NCBI GenBank assembly: GCA_013115145.1
Contig: JAAPAO010000196.1
Coordinates: 1 to 54,467 of the forward strand
Length of the DNA stretch: 54,467 nucleotides
Direction: 5' to 3'
DNA from: Perkinsus chesapeaki ATCC PRA-425
Taxonomy: Eukaryota; Protista; Perkinsozoa
Part shown: positions 1 to 11,642 of the stretch, piece by piece
How the letters are laid out: each line of letters opens with the position of its first letter
Position numbering within the stretch: position 1 is the first letter of the stretch
Program-made: the position numbers and the translations under genes
Notes under the pieces: generated by a model
What the model saw: only the letters and a program-made list of their open reading frames with translations
Databases searched by the model: none
What the model was told of the DNA's origin: nothing

Positions 1-224
1 ACAATCGGTACACCCGGCAGATAGAGCCCAGTGTTTGTCGGCTTTCATACATTGCTCGATCGAAGCTTTCTGAGTCAGAAATTCTGACCAAGGCTGGTCA
101 TAACACATCCAGCCATGAAGTTACTGAAATGTACACCATACTTCTTCCAAGAGGCTTCATCAGACTTGGAACATTGACCAGCTAGGGTCGCGGTTAAAGC
201 AGCAGTTACAATGATAACTCTCAT
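1..224 (-). pseudogene. Paralog of the small Cys-rich secreted protein at 1460-1876, frameshifted by a 14-nt insertion; truncated by the window edge
   Basis: Positions 1-71 match 1667-1737 exactly. ATG at 224 gives MRVIIVTAALTATLAGQCSKSDEASWKKYGVHFSNFMAGCVMTSLGQNF*. Relative to the intact copy (GGT AAG AAA GCT), 14 extra nt create an in-frame TGA. Confidence 0.7.
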
Positions 225-1459
225 ATTGCAACGTGTCGTCGATGAACAGTGACTGTTTCTGTGGTGCGAGCTGCGTAGCGGAGCAATGCCACGCTCCATT
301 GTGCCTGTGATGGCTGGATGAGATCATGTACTTCGTAGACGTCAAGATCGATGCTGCTCTCATTCAACTTAGTCAGCTAAGCTGACTGAGCTTGCGCAAT
401 CATTCGTGAGGGAAAGCATTCAGTGCTAACCGTCTTGATATTCGTATCGAAGTACCATACGTTATTGCATACATGGCGCATTATCGCGCCAACGTCTCAC
501 AAAGATCAGGGAAATTCCAACAATATACTCGTGTGCGGCGCATGTTTGTTCGGCACAAAAAAACTGTTGGTAAGGAAGGCAAAAACAAGGGCTCGCGAGG
601 CGAGTCGCTTCAGGCTACGGAGCGTGCTAAAAGGCAGCTTGGACGATGGATCGCGTCTTCATCGAAAAGTTTAATGCAGCCTCCCGCCGAAACTACTGGT
701 ACCTGTCTGGCGCGCCAGATCCGAATAGCAGCACTTGCGACCAAGGGAATCGAGTAACCGGTATTCGCGGCATTTTTCGGGCAATCGTGACATGGATGAG
801 GACTTCTAGCTGCGTTGACTAATTTGGGCGATTCGTCCCTACGTGCATATCTTCCTTAAATATTGCACAAGCCAAGTGAGCCTTATGCGTGCATTCCGCA
901 TAAGTTTTTACACGCAGGCTCAACATTGAACCCCCATCAACTAATGAGTGTGATGCGAAGATGCGAGAATCCACCAACTCGCCTGTAAACTACATACCCG
1001 GACAGTGGTCTCCCGGGACTGCAAAAACATGGGCCTGCCGGCCTTCGTGGATTGTCCTCGAACTGGGACTCGCTGATTTCGAGTTCGAGGCGCAGGCCGT
1101 TTCTACGGTTCTAGAGCTGTTAAGGAAAGAAACGATGATGACAGCACACTCAAGCATGCACAGTCGAGTTCGGACTGTTCCGCTGCATCCAGATCTCCGA
1201 TTCTAACAAAGTCTAACCTGCATTCTTCATCGTGGAGTAACTGCTCCTTCACGGGTCGGTAACTCACAGTTGCGGCTCGCATTACCTGCTTGTTTTGGCC
1301 TGCTTGCTAGAAGGCTTTGTGTATTACTGTCATTGACGGACTACCAACGCGGTACATTTAAGCTCCTCGAAGCTGATTTGTGGACTAATAAAATTTCTAA
1401 TGAAAGTTTCGAAGGAGAGACTCAAGTACTATGTCACGGACATGTGTCTCCGAGAGATA

Positions 1460-1876
1460 TCACATCATCAAGCGCAAATCAGGGAGATGATCCTCTGTGC
1501 CCGTCTGGTTAGTAGGAAGTTGTAATAGACCATATCCAGTACAATCATATAGATCTTTAGGACAGTGTGTCTTAATATTACAATCCCAACACCTCTTATC
1601 ACCAACGCCGTAGGTCAAGCATGTTAGGGAACACTCAGAGAAGGTGCAGGCACCAAATGTAGCGAAACAATCGGTACACCCGGCAGATAGAGCCCAGTGT
1701 TTGTCGGCTTTCATACATTGCTCGATCGAAGCTTTCTTACCATAGCCAGTCATAACACATCCAGCCATGAAGTTACTGAAGTGCACACCATACTTCTTCC
1801 AGAAGGCTTCATCAGACGGGGAACACTGACCAGCTAGAGCCCCGACAAGAGTGGCAAGTCCGAGGAGTACTCTCAT
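1460..1876 (-). CDS. Small secreted cysteine-rich protein (138 aa, 12 Cys), intronless
   Basis: Hydrophobic signal peptide MRVLLGLATLVGALAG followed by 12 Cys, including CxxC pairs. A conserved tandem paralog lies at 1-224. Confidence 0.85.
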   Translation of the reverse strand: MRVLLGLATLVGALAGQCSPSDEAFWKKYGVHFSNFMAGCVMTGYGKKASIEQCMKADKHWALSAGCTDCFATFGACTFSECSLTCLTYGVGDKRCWDCNIKTHCPKDLYDCTGYGLLQLPTNQTGTEDHLPDLRLMM

Positions 1877-2870
1877 GAATGGAGATGGTAAGCTTACTTG
1901 ATTGTGCTGTGGTTGAAGGCCCTTGCAGCGAGAGACGCCGTATCCTGGTCGGCGTACACACGAACTCGAAACGTGCAGCCTTTTCCCTGCTGCAGCTGCA
2001 TTAGTTACTGTAAGTCTCTGCGGCCTTCAACCTTTGTCCTGCTCCTGTTGGATACCAATCTATACTGCCCTGCTTATCAGCTGACCGTAAGGCGGCTTAT
2101 ATCCGATCTCCTCAACTTATCCTGCATTTGGTGCGCGGCCCAAGTGAATCTTCTAGTTTGTACTCGCTAGAGCTAACCTTATGCGTCCGTCGCGGAGGTT
2201 CCTCCACCTTGAATTCTTCGGCCCTTCATAAGGCTCCGACTGTAGAGTTTACTAGCGGACATTGAAGCACTCATGTTACGCGCACCATATTCATCAATCG
2301 GATACAGGTTATATAACAGCATACTATTCGAGATTCTCGAATCGAGAATCTCTTACGCTATATGATATGTGGGGCAACCCTCTGGACTTACTATTCTATA
2401 CGCCAATGGGCATCTTCGAATTTGAGTCAAATGATGTTAAGATCTGCTTCACGCATGTGCCCGTGAGGTATTGATCCTCGTTTCAGTGTACTGTCGGGCG
2501 CAGGTTCCATAATAGCCGACTGAACGAGCTCCTAGTTTTTCCAACAATATTAGCTTTCCATTATTAGCTCTGACTGAAGCTGTTTTGAGCTACGATCATC
2601 GTGGTATGCGCTTGCTAAGTAGGAGCGTCGTTGAATACACGAGGAAAGACATAACGGTGAGTTTTCCATTTCATCAGGGTGATAGCGTCATTGGAAGGAT
2701 TGCAAGAGTAAGCTGATTAGAGCGATGCCTCTCTTGCTAATCATTTGATGACCTTTGCAGATCAGCGTACGCCAGTCTACATCCCTAATTTTGCGTACAA
2801 TGCATGCTCTTAATCTACTCTACGTAACTGAACCAGATTCTCGGCGTGAGGAGAGTGGCGGGGAGTAATG

Positions 2871-2948
2871 TTTTCCGTTTAAACTCGGAGTCTAAAACTG
2901 CATATTTTTTCATACTATTTTCCGTTTAAACTAGGAGTCTGAAACCGC
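2871..2948 (+). repeat. Two imperfect 31-bp direct repeats, 47-bp period
   Basis: ttttccgtttaaactcggagtctaaaactgc (2871-2901) and ttttccgtttaaactaggagtctgaaaccgc (2918-2948). Confidence 0.8.
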
Positions 2949-3398
2949 TTATTCAGATAGATTACGTGGCACATCTGTCGCTCGGCATACGATTCTACGC
3001 GCGATCTTAATGCTAAACGAAGCTTTTATCCTCATATGCGCCAGCCGTAATATCTAAAGGCACCATTCCAACGATATACCGACTGCTTCATCAGCAGACT
3101 GCTGACAGCAGTGCCTGCCTCTCCAGCCTTGTTAGGTTCACAGTATCTTCACAGGGCGACTGTGCGAATTGACCTCTTTACTTTATACGACTAACTCTAT
3201 GACTGTTACGCTCCGCCCCTGCGTACGCGTGCAATGTGCTCTGCAAAGCCCGGCATATTTTCTATCCATCTCATGAGTCCCCCTTGGCCTTGTGTTTCCC
3301 TCACGCAGGACTTTTCCACATCGGTTCCCATCGGGGTGTCTGAGGGAGAGTCCAGAGAGGCTTATTTGCGTGTCCTCAAGTTAACGAACCAGCCCTGT

Positions 3399-6060
3399 AT
3401 GCACTGCGCGAGCTGCGACAGTGCTCTAGATGATGCATTGATCTTGGTATGCGATCATAACCTCTGCCTCGCATGCGCTTCCAATAACTTGGAGACGAGA
3501 GGACTTAGTGACAGTCATGTGGTGAGATCTAGCTTCCCGGGGCTGCACTAGAGTTTCTGCCTCGATCATTCTTCTGCCGTTGGGACCCGTCGAAGCCGGC
3601 GGCTCTCTTGGCTACCAGTTCCCCGGCGGGTATCGTATGGTTAGCTGCGCTCAGGTATCTTGTAGAAGATGTGGTAGCGTCACTGATGTTGATTCCGACA
3701 CAGCCGAGCAGTTGAGGTGGTAGAATTTGCCAGCTGAGTTGTCGGACTCTCAACTGATTCAGGAATCACTTCTCTCAGCCCGGAACGCATATGACGTCTG
3801 TGAGTGGGCCGGGTGACCTGAGCGCTTTCAACCCCCGCTCCTTCACGATGAATGTGCCTCCTAGTATATCAGCCATTTCACCCGAAGCAAACAGGCGTCG
3901 GGCTTCTGGAGGCCCGGTGGTTCACCGAGGTAGGCCGCTGCTGTCTGTTCACGGTTCATACGGAGTTATGCGTAGCGTCGGTTACGCCTAGTGCTCCTGA
4001 GGCCTCAGTAGCGGTGGCCCCTTGCGGCCAGTGTGGTCGTGACGTGGCCTCCATTCAGTGCTCTAACTGCGATGAAGAGTTCTGTGAGAAATGCGCTAGT
4101 AAGAAAAATCTGGATGTGATTCTCTGAAGTGGATGTCACACAGGTCTCATTCACCGTCGAGGCAGGATGGTTGATCATCGCTTGTCGCCAATAAATCCCA
4201 CAACTCATCTCCCAGCATCTTCGTTGAACTCTTCCCACAGAGCCCTCCCCTCACAGATGTCGACGCAGCTCCCCGTCTCTGTGAAGTACGCCGTTGATAG
4301 CCGTGAAGGCGTCGATCCTTTCTACTATTCCCGAGCAGGATGATTCGTACTTGCCCTGTCCACGAGTCCGAGCATGTCCAATATTTCTGCCTAGCGTGCG
4401 AGTCGCCGCCGATGTGCTCGGAATGCGTGATGCGGAGTGAGGAGCACACAAAGCATTTAAACCAAGTTTTCCTGCTCAAGAAGGCCTTCCCAACGGTAGT
4501 CCTCAATCGCCTTCACGGTTGGAAGCCGACTTAGGCTAGAACTCGCATCGGGGAGTTACAGAGAACCCTCACGGACCGCCTCGGTGACATACGTCAATCT
4601 GAGGAAGTGGTGGAACAGAATCGCCGTGACTTAGTCGCGTTGCGCCAGAAGATCAAAGAAACGTGGGGCGACGTAATCGTTTGTAAACTTTACGGTGTAT
4701 CAGGATAAGCAGTTCGTTTGCATCACTACGTGCCTCATTAGACCGTAAAGAGCAAGAGCTCCTCTCAAAGGCGGAATCCGAGGTCGCACTCATCTTCACG
4801 TGATTTTATCTTTGTATACGGAAGTCTTAGATTCGTGGAGAAACACAACGAGTGGAAAGCGTCTTTCGTGACCTTCAGTCAAAAAGGGAGAGAGTTGAAG
4901 AAGTGGCCACCAGAATGGAGGTTTCACCAACGACAGGCTCGCCTCTATTCATCGGCGCATTTCAGGAGTCGCTGTTAGTCAATGACGAAGTGGCAACGCT
5001 TGGAGCGTATGCTGAAGTAGGCCTGGTGGAATTTATAATTGTCTATAAACAGTTGTTTTTTATACAACTGGTTGGCATCATTTCCTACGGAGCGTTCAAC
5101 GTGTATCTCGCCGTTACAATTCCACAGTGGACTTCTCAGATCAAGCAGCAGATGAACTCCCTGGCAACTCAGCAAGACAGCGTGAAGCTCTCAGCTTTGA
5201 GGATTGACGCAGCCGGAGCAGAATCTTTTGAGAAGAAACTGGGAGAGGCCAGAAGACATATCGAAAACATGCGAGGTTAGTCATACTATCTATCAACTTC
5301 TTGCCTCAATTATTTGTGAATTGTTGCCTACCTTTTACCTGACGTAAATAAGGTTTTCCTTGGAATTATGAGCTAGCATGACAGTCGCTTACCATCAGCA
5401 CCCTGGTACTCGGAAGTGCCAATACATGGTAAAGTTTCCCAATTAGAGGTGTTCAAGACCTATAGCTTCAGAGCCCCTAGGGTAACTCCAATCACTTGGA
5501 TATGGTAGTTGAAGTCGCGCGATCGATGCTCGCTGGTCATACAATGTGACTTACTGATGGCACAGGTCTCAAACTTACTTCCTCGCGGGAGACGAGAAAT
5601 GCCCAGCTCCTTGGTACAAATGAAAGCATCTCCCAAAGTCCGCCTGATGACTATTCTCCTCGCCGAACGAAAACCCAACCCAACCGGCCAGAGGCTGCAG
5701 AAGTGCCACTGGAGCAGCCCTCTAGAGGCATCACGCAGAGGTTGGAGAATGTCTCCACGCAACGGCTGCGATCGACTTGTCTGTCACCAGCCCCTTGCTT
5801 TCCAGGAGTACACGGCCGTCAGCGCCTGCAGTCTTCACTTCAGCGGGGAGACCCAGTCGCCAGGATCAACTGGTAAGGGTCGCCAGGGTGAACGGTCATG
5901 CTATATATCTGACAGTTGATGAGCGCCGTTGATGATGTTCTTCGGGAAGACTGGAGTCCGACGAACAATCTCGCCGGCCCAGCTCGTAGCGGAGCACACA
6001 AGAGGAAAACTCATAGTGGCGCATCTTTCGGTAAATTCAGAGACTAACTCTCGGTGGCTT
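3399..6060 (+). CDS. Multi-exon RING + B-box1 + B-box2 + coiled-coil (RBCC/TRIM-like) protein; 3' end approximate
   Basis: Exon 1 reads MHCASC..LVCDHNLCLACAS and a mini-exon at ~3647 adds VSCRRC, completing a C3HC4 RING. B-box1: CGQC..CSNC..FCEKC..HRRGRMVDH. B-box2: CPVHESEHVQYFCLACESPPMCSECV..H..H. Heptad-rich exons follow at 4540-5280. Confidence 0.8.
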
Positions 6061-7036
6061 GAAGTAGTTGAGGTCAGATAAGGTCTAACTGATAAGGGGA
6101 GTTTCTTATGCCAAGTGAATCTTCATCTGCCTTGTAATTTCCCGTCTTGTAAACAGGATATTAGGGTCGCCGCGACTGATCCTCGAGGCCAGTGTAGATG
6201 ATTCTCCAGAACTTAGTCTTGCGGCGTTCACATTCGGGATTTATAAAGTTGTCAGCGCAGCCCTTGTCGCGCGCATCCCCCGTAAGCATCGCGTGAGTGG
6301 GCATGTAGTGTCGTTATCCCTGTTGAGCTCGGCGATGTCTTAGTGGCTCCTTCCAATAAACGGGAAAGTGTGTGGTATGATGTAGAATTACTATTGACTA
6401 TCTGACTATGAGTATCCCCGTGTAGGTTATACTGGCAGCCGATGACTTAGATGTTGAAGAGGCTTAAATTCGAACATGAGATTCTGTAAATGCACAGAGG
6501 TGTTGGGTTAAGTTCAATGAGTCCTATCTATGTTATATAGGGCACATATTCCTTATATTTATTCGAATATTTTATATTCTTGACTTATACTATTCAATAC
6601 CATATTCTCTATCAACAACACTTGTTCCAATCCAATTGAACTTTGTTCCGAAAGTCTGCCATTTACCTCTTCTTTCATCGTGATGCGCCATTTCCTATTA
6701 TCATGCTCTTCGAATCAATTATGAATTAATTGCATCTAATATCAAGAACTAATGTGGGCTTGGATAATGCCATGTCTAAGAGCTTTCAATTTAGGCAATC
6801 GTTTTCTGAACCACCACGCCTGCTCGTGATGGCTGTTGCGGCCCAATCGCCGATGGAGACTCGCTCGCCCGAATATCTTCGCGTCACAAGAGGGAGTTAG
6901 TTGACAATTTGGAATCCAAATTTCGGCTGCCTCGCAAGTTCTGATTCGGGAGTGAGTAATCGGAGTTAGGAGGCCTGTAGATTCTGGTGGCTAGAGTGTA
7001 CACCTCTGTCAGATGCATCATATGATAGCCTATCAT

Positions 7037-7165
7037 TGATAGGCCAAGTCAAATGCATTCTGTGATAGGCCAAGTCAAATGCATCCTGTGATAGGCCAAG
7101 TCAAATGCATTCCTTGATAGGCCAAGTCAAATGCATTCTGTGATAGGCCAAGTCGAATGTTTCCT
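7037..7165 (+). repeat. Five-copy 26-bp tandem minisatellite
   Basis: Unit tgataggccaagtcaaatgcattctg starts at 7037, 7063, 7089, 7115 and 7141. There are no spacers. Confidence 0.95.
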
Positions 7166-7468
7166 AAGCCAATTCAGATGCATTTGTTGATGAGCCCTAC
7201 ACGGCCATCTAGAAAGGAGTGTCCTACAGCAGTCTCACCGCCATGGCTCGGAAGCAGAATGCTTTAACGCGCCTCCAGTGTGTATATAATAAAACTGACG
7301 AAACCATAAATGTTGGAGCTCGGTGAAAGGAGCTTCTTGAGGAATTCGCTGAAGTTCGCTCATCGTGTTTATGGAGACAAACTTTGTGCAACAGTTAACT
7401 TTTTTCGATAGTGAAGTCCGCACGCATCCTGATCGCCCAACGAATTCCTGAAGCCCCAATTTAACAGC

Positions 7469-8246
7469 ATGCCTCAATACGACACCTACGGTGGCCCCGT
7501 TCACATCATAGACGGCTGTGACGCCGATGTTGAATTTTGTGAGGAAACACTGTAAGGAATCCCGCTAATAGCACTGGTGTTTCAACCAACCTGTTTGGAA
7601 TCTTTAGATTAGTAATTATTCAGGTATGGTGAGCCATTCGTTGGTATAGACTTCGAGTGGAACAGGGAGCGCCAAGGTGAGAGGAACCCTCTGGAGCTGG
7701 TGAGAACCAGATCGCGATGAAAGCAAAATGAGTCTTTGTCGGCCAGGTTCAGATTGCAACCCCTACAGATGGGGTATTCATTTTCCGGTGTCTCGGTGGT
7801 GAGCCTCTGCACCCTGTCGCAGCGAGTATACTGGGAGATTGGGCAAGTTGCTTCTTCGGCCTCGCCAACTTATCGCGCTCTCAGAATGTCCTCAAAGTTT
7901 GTTCCGGATACGACAATGGTGATTGTGCCAGACTGTGGGAGACATACCACATGGAGATACCAAGGAACTCCCTGCTCGACATTCACGACGAGGCCAAAGA
8001 TCGAGGGTTGCAACGTTATGGACTGCAGGGGGCTTGTGAGGACTGCGGATACTACATCTACAAACCGAAGTAGGTTTAGCGGCTTGCTGGTGGACAAATG
8101 CTCGTTTGTCTGGTAGGAATCCGAACTTCTTCTACTGGAGCCGCGATTTCCTGAAGAAAAGTCAAATTCGTTATGCTGCCGCTGACGCTTGGTTTCCGTT
8201 GTTGATAGCTGCGAATTGGGAGCTCATCGATTTAGACGTAATTTGA
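7469..8246 (+). CDS. DEDDy 3'-5' exonuclease (WRN-exo/EXD-like), copy 1, multi-exon
   Basis: Spliced product MPQYDTYGGPVHII..GIDFEW (ExoI)..VQIAT..CSGYDNGD (ExoII)..SQIRYAAADAW (ExoIII). The intron at 7843-7884 is GC-AG. Confidence 0.85.
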
Positions 8247-8540
8247 TGGAAGTCCTATCATCGCTTGCCCGGAGCTTCGGAGTATTTAGGTTGATGAGAT
8301 GGAGCAATACATTTCTCAGTTTTGGGTGAATTCGCAGTAAAGAGGACCTTTTGCGACGAGGGTTCGAACTTAACTCGAGCTCGATGAGGATTTCCTGTCT
8401 TTCCTATTGTACAGACTTTCTTTGAATCTTGGTCGAAGCTTTGGCTTAACTCCTAACTCTGGAGTTTCATCGCATTCATGTGAGGGGTTGTGTTGGGTTG
8501 GGGGGCTTAAAGACGTCTTACCGTTGGTCTGTGGTTTGAT

Positions 8541-9528
8541 ATGTCCACTGATACCTACGTTGGAGAGGTTCGCGTCATTGAGGGGCCTGATGATGACTTT
8601 CACTTCTGCCGTGATACTCTGTATGCTTGCAGCAACTCAGCCCGATCTCCTGTAAACTTTGACAGGTTCCGTGAGCCTTTGGGCGTAGACTTCGAGTGGG
8701 ACAGGGAATTCAAGGGGCAGAACAATCCTATCGCTTTGGTAGGCCTAACTCTGGATCCCCGTGCAGCTACGCCGCTCATTTCTAGGTTCAGATTGCTACC
8801 CCAACCAACGGTGTCTTGTTGTTCCGCTGCAGGCCGGGAGAGCGCCTTCACCCGGTGGCTCGTGATGCCCTATTATGTCCCGTAAGTCATTTTCCTGGCC
8901 GCCTGGAAATTTGTTGTTTTTCAGAATGCTATAAAGGCTGTTTGTGGCTACGACGGCCGGGACAAGAAGAAGCTGCTGGAAAGCTTCAATATTGAGATCC
9001 CTCCCGAAACACTGGTGGACGTATCAAAAGTCGCTAAAAGGCGGGGGATGACCAAAACTGGACTCAAGGCTATTTGCCGTGAACTCGGCTATGACATCTT
9101 TAAGCCTCAGTAAGGTAGCGTTTCATTGCGCCTGTTGTGGGCTCAGGAATTCACACAGTAATAGTGGTTCCGCTCAGGAGAAGGCATTTCATGATTATCA
9201 TCAAGGGGCATATCCTCAGCAAGGCCTCCATCAGATCTTCGTATTAGAAACACATTTCGAAACTCGAGTACCCCATTTCCGTTGAGCTAATCGTTTCTCG
9301 TCTGTTGCGCCGGGTTGTGATGGTCTTGACATTATCTTGCGTGTTTTCAGCTACGCGGGGTTCCATAAGTATAGCGGTCGCCTGAGGAAGAGCCAGATTC
9401 GCTACGCTGCTGCCGATGCCTGGTTTCCTCTGTTGATAGCCGCCGAGTGGGGGCTGATGGATATCGATGTAAGATGCGCTTTTGGCATTCCCGCGGCCCG
9501 AGCATCGTCTTACTGTCGGACAGAGTGA
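8541..9528 (+). CDS. DEDDy 3'-5' exonuclease, copy 2, multi-exon; 3' end approximate
   Basis: MSTDTYVGEVRVIE..LGVDFEW..VQIAT..CGYDGRD..SQIRYAAADAW. Intron positions match copy 1. Confidence 0.85.
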
Positions 9529-10177
9529 TGTCCCAGAATGACGACGTATTCTGAGCTCCGTCGCTGAAGCCGTTTGAATGATTATCAATCATTTTCAGGA
9601 AGATGTCCAGGAGGAGATGTTGGATTTAGTTGGCCCCTATGCGTCTGTCTAATTCAGTCTGGCATTTTTTCCTGAAAATTGTCTCCCAAGTAAGCTTAAT
9701 ATTGACTGTTTCGTTTGATGGGTAGGCGCATTTCTCAGATAAGTATCACTCAGTCATCTAATCATAACAGGCGGATGAGGAAGAAGTGTCCACGATAACA
9801 GTATAAGAAGTTATTGATTCCTTTACTGCGAAGTCTGTTGAGTTCCCTTTAATAAAGTCCAGCTCAAGATTGCTGGCAATGATTTAGGTTACACTTCTTG
9901 TAGTAACAGCGTTGAAGTTGAGAACGCGATAGTTTGATAACTAAATCTAGTGGAGATTGAATACAAATTCGAATACCTAAGAGAGCGGTTGGGTTTATAA
10001 GTATAAGGCTTATTCAGGGAGCATACGGTCTATACGTAAGGCATACGGTATATACCAACAGCTTGCCCGTACAAGTTACCCACAGTCGGCGTACCACCGA
10101 GCTTTGTGTATGGATCAGCACAGTTTGTGCGACACAACGTTATTGCAGCACTTACGTGCACCCGAAAGGCAGATGTT

Positions 10178-10216
10178 CCTCCTCCTCCTCCTCCTCATCA
10201 TCATCATCATCATCAT
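10178..10216 (+). repeat. Compound microsatellite (CCT)6(CAT)7
   Basis: Read directly; lies ~40 nt upstream of the ATG of exonuclease copy 3. Confidence 0.95.
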
Positions 10217-10253
10217 TCAGTACTTGTTGGCCCCTCCTCCTCCTCCTTCTTCC

Positions 10254-11399
10254 ATGCCCCGTATCCCTGCTAGTAAATATGACACTTTCGGTGGTAAGGT
10301 GCGTGTGATAGAAGATCCCAATCAGAACGTGGAGTATTGTCGAGAGCGCTTGTAAGTCTAGCGGAGTCTCCTCGGTCTGCATTCTGTTTCAGATCAAGAG
10401 AGCCTGTGATCGGAGTTGATGTCGAGTGGGAGCCCGACAGACGTGGACAGAGCAATCCAGCGTCAATGGTCAGTGACCAATGCTGCTTCGGGATCGTCGT
10501 TGTCTAGGTCCAAATTGCCACTCCCTCGGAGGTCTTCATTTTCCGCGACAAAGGAACCGGCCTTCATCCGGCAGCTCGCGAAGCTCTCACCGATCCGGTA
10601 AGCTCCGCTGCAAACGTTGGTGTAAATTTTTGAGTTCAGAATAAGACCAAGGTGACCTGTGGGCACAACTACAATGGTTCTAAGAAAATGAAGCAAACCT
10701 ACGGTTTCGATATCCCCAAGGAATCCACCGTTGAAATGACAAGAGAAGCTAGAAGCCGCGGTTTGCAGAAGTATGGTCTGAAAGGCCAATGTGATGCCAG
10801 CGGATATAATGTCTACAAGCCCTCGTGATGAGCATCCATTCTGTCCTTTGTGATGTTCGATATCAGCACTCGTGGCGAACGCAAGGAGATGTATGGTTGG
10901 AACTCCGATCGCTTGACTCCTAATCAAGTTCGCCATGCTGCAACAGATGCCTACATGCCCCTCAAGATGGCATCTGAGCAGGGCATAGTCGATGTCGGGG
11001 TAAGATATGCCACCCCCTGGTTTTACACTTCAAAGTATAATATTATTCGAAGGCGATGTCATTTATCAATATTGTGCCTTTCGATGAGTTTGTAATATAT
11101 TTTCGATCCTTTGTATTGTTATAATAGTTATTGATAACTATGATGGGATATTGGAATGTAATGTCATTGATATCCTGTTATGCATTCACTACCACATTTC
11201 CTCCATTTCTCAGAGAGGACGCGAACGTGAGATGGACAATAACATGTCCCACTGGTATAAGAGCAACCGTTCAAATGCAGCCCGCCGCCGCAGCAGCGGC
11301 AGCAGTAGCTCTCAATGGTCTGGTGGAGGAGGATACAAGCGCTCTTATAACGGAGGAAGCTATTCTCAGTCGTATGGTTATCAAGAAGATTACTATTAG
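10254..11399 (+). CDS. 3'-5' exonuclease-like protein, copy 3, divergent catalytic motifs plus a low-complexity C-terminal tail
   Basis: MPRIPASKYDTFGGKVRVIE..GVDVEW..VQIAT..CGHNYNGSKKM..NQVRHAATDAY. A phase-0 intron at 11000-11213 joins an exon reading RGREREMDNN..SSGSSSSQWSGGGGYKRSYNGGSYSQSYGYQEDYY*. An in-frame upstream extension cannot be excluded. Confidence 0.8.
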
Positions 11400-11642
11400 A
11401 TATTCCACTATTTCCACTAAAGGTAAGCTCCTGTCGTCGACTAATCTACTAGCTCCTTTGTAAGGTGATATCGCAAGATGATTATGCGGTTTTGAAGAGT
11501 TATATGAAAACACGATTTCCTTTAACGCAGAGGTCTCATTTTAGATCAATTTGCTGTTGTGTTGTCTGTTAATACGTCTACTTGTATCAGCGGCGGAGTA
11601 CGCTTCCTGGAGTAGGGAGCTCTGAGTTAGTCCTTTTAGGCA

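Noticed and set aside
473-757. 94-aa basic ORF
   Set aside because: No recognisable motif or splice pattern, and it lies in the spacer between paralogs. Unsupported as a gene.
7037-7165. CRISPR interpretation of the 26-bp (and 42-bp) repeats
   Set aside because: Units are contiguous with no unique spacers, there are no cas genes, and the context is eukaryotic.
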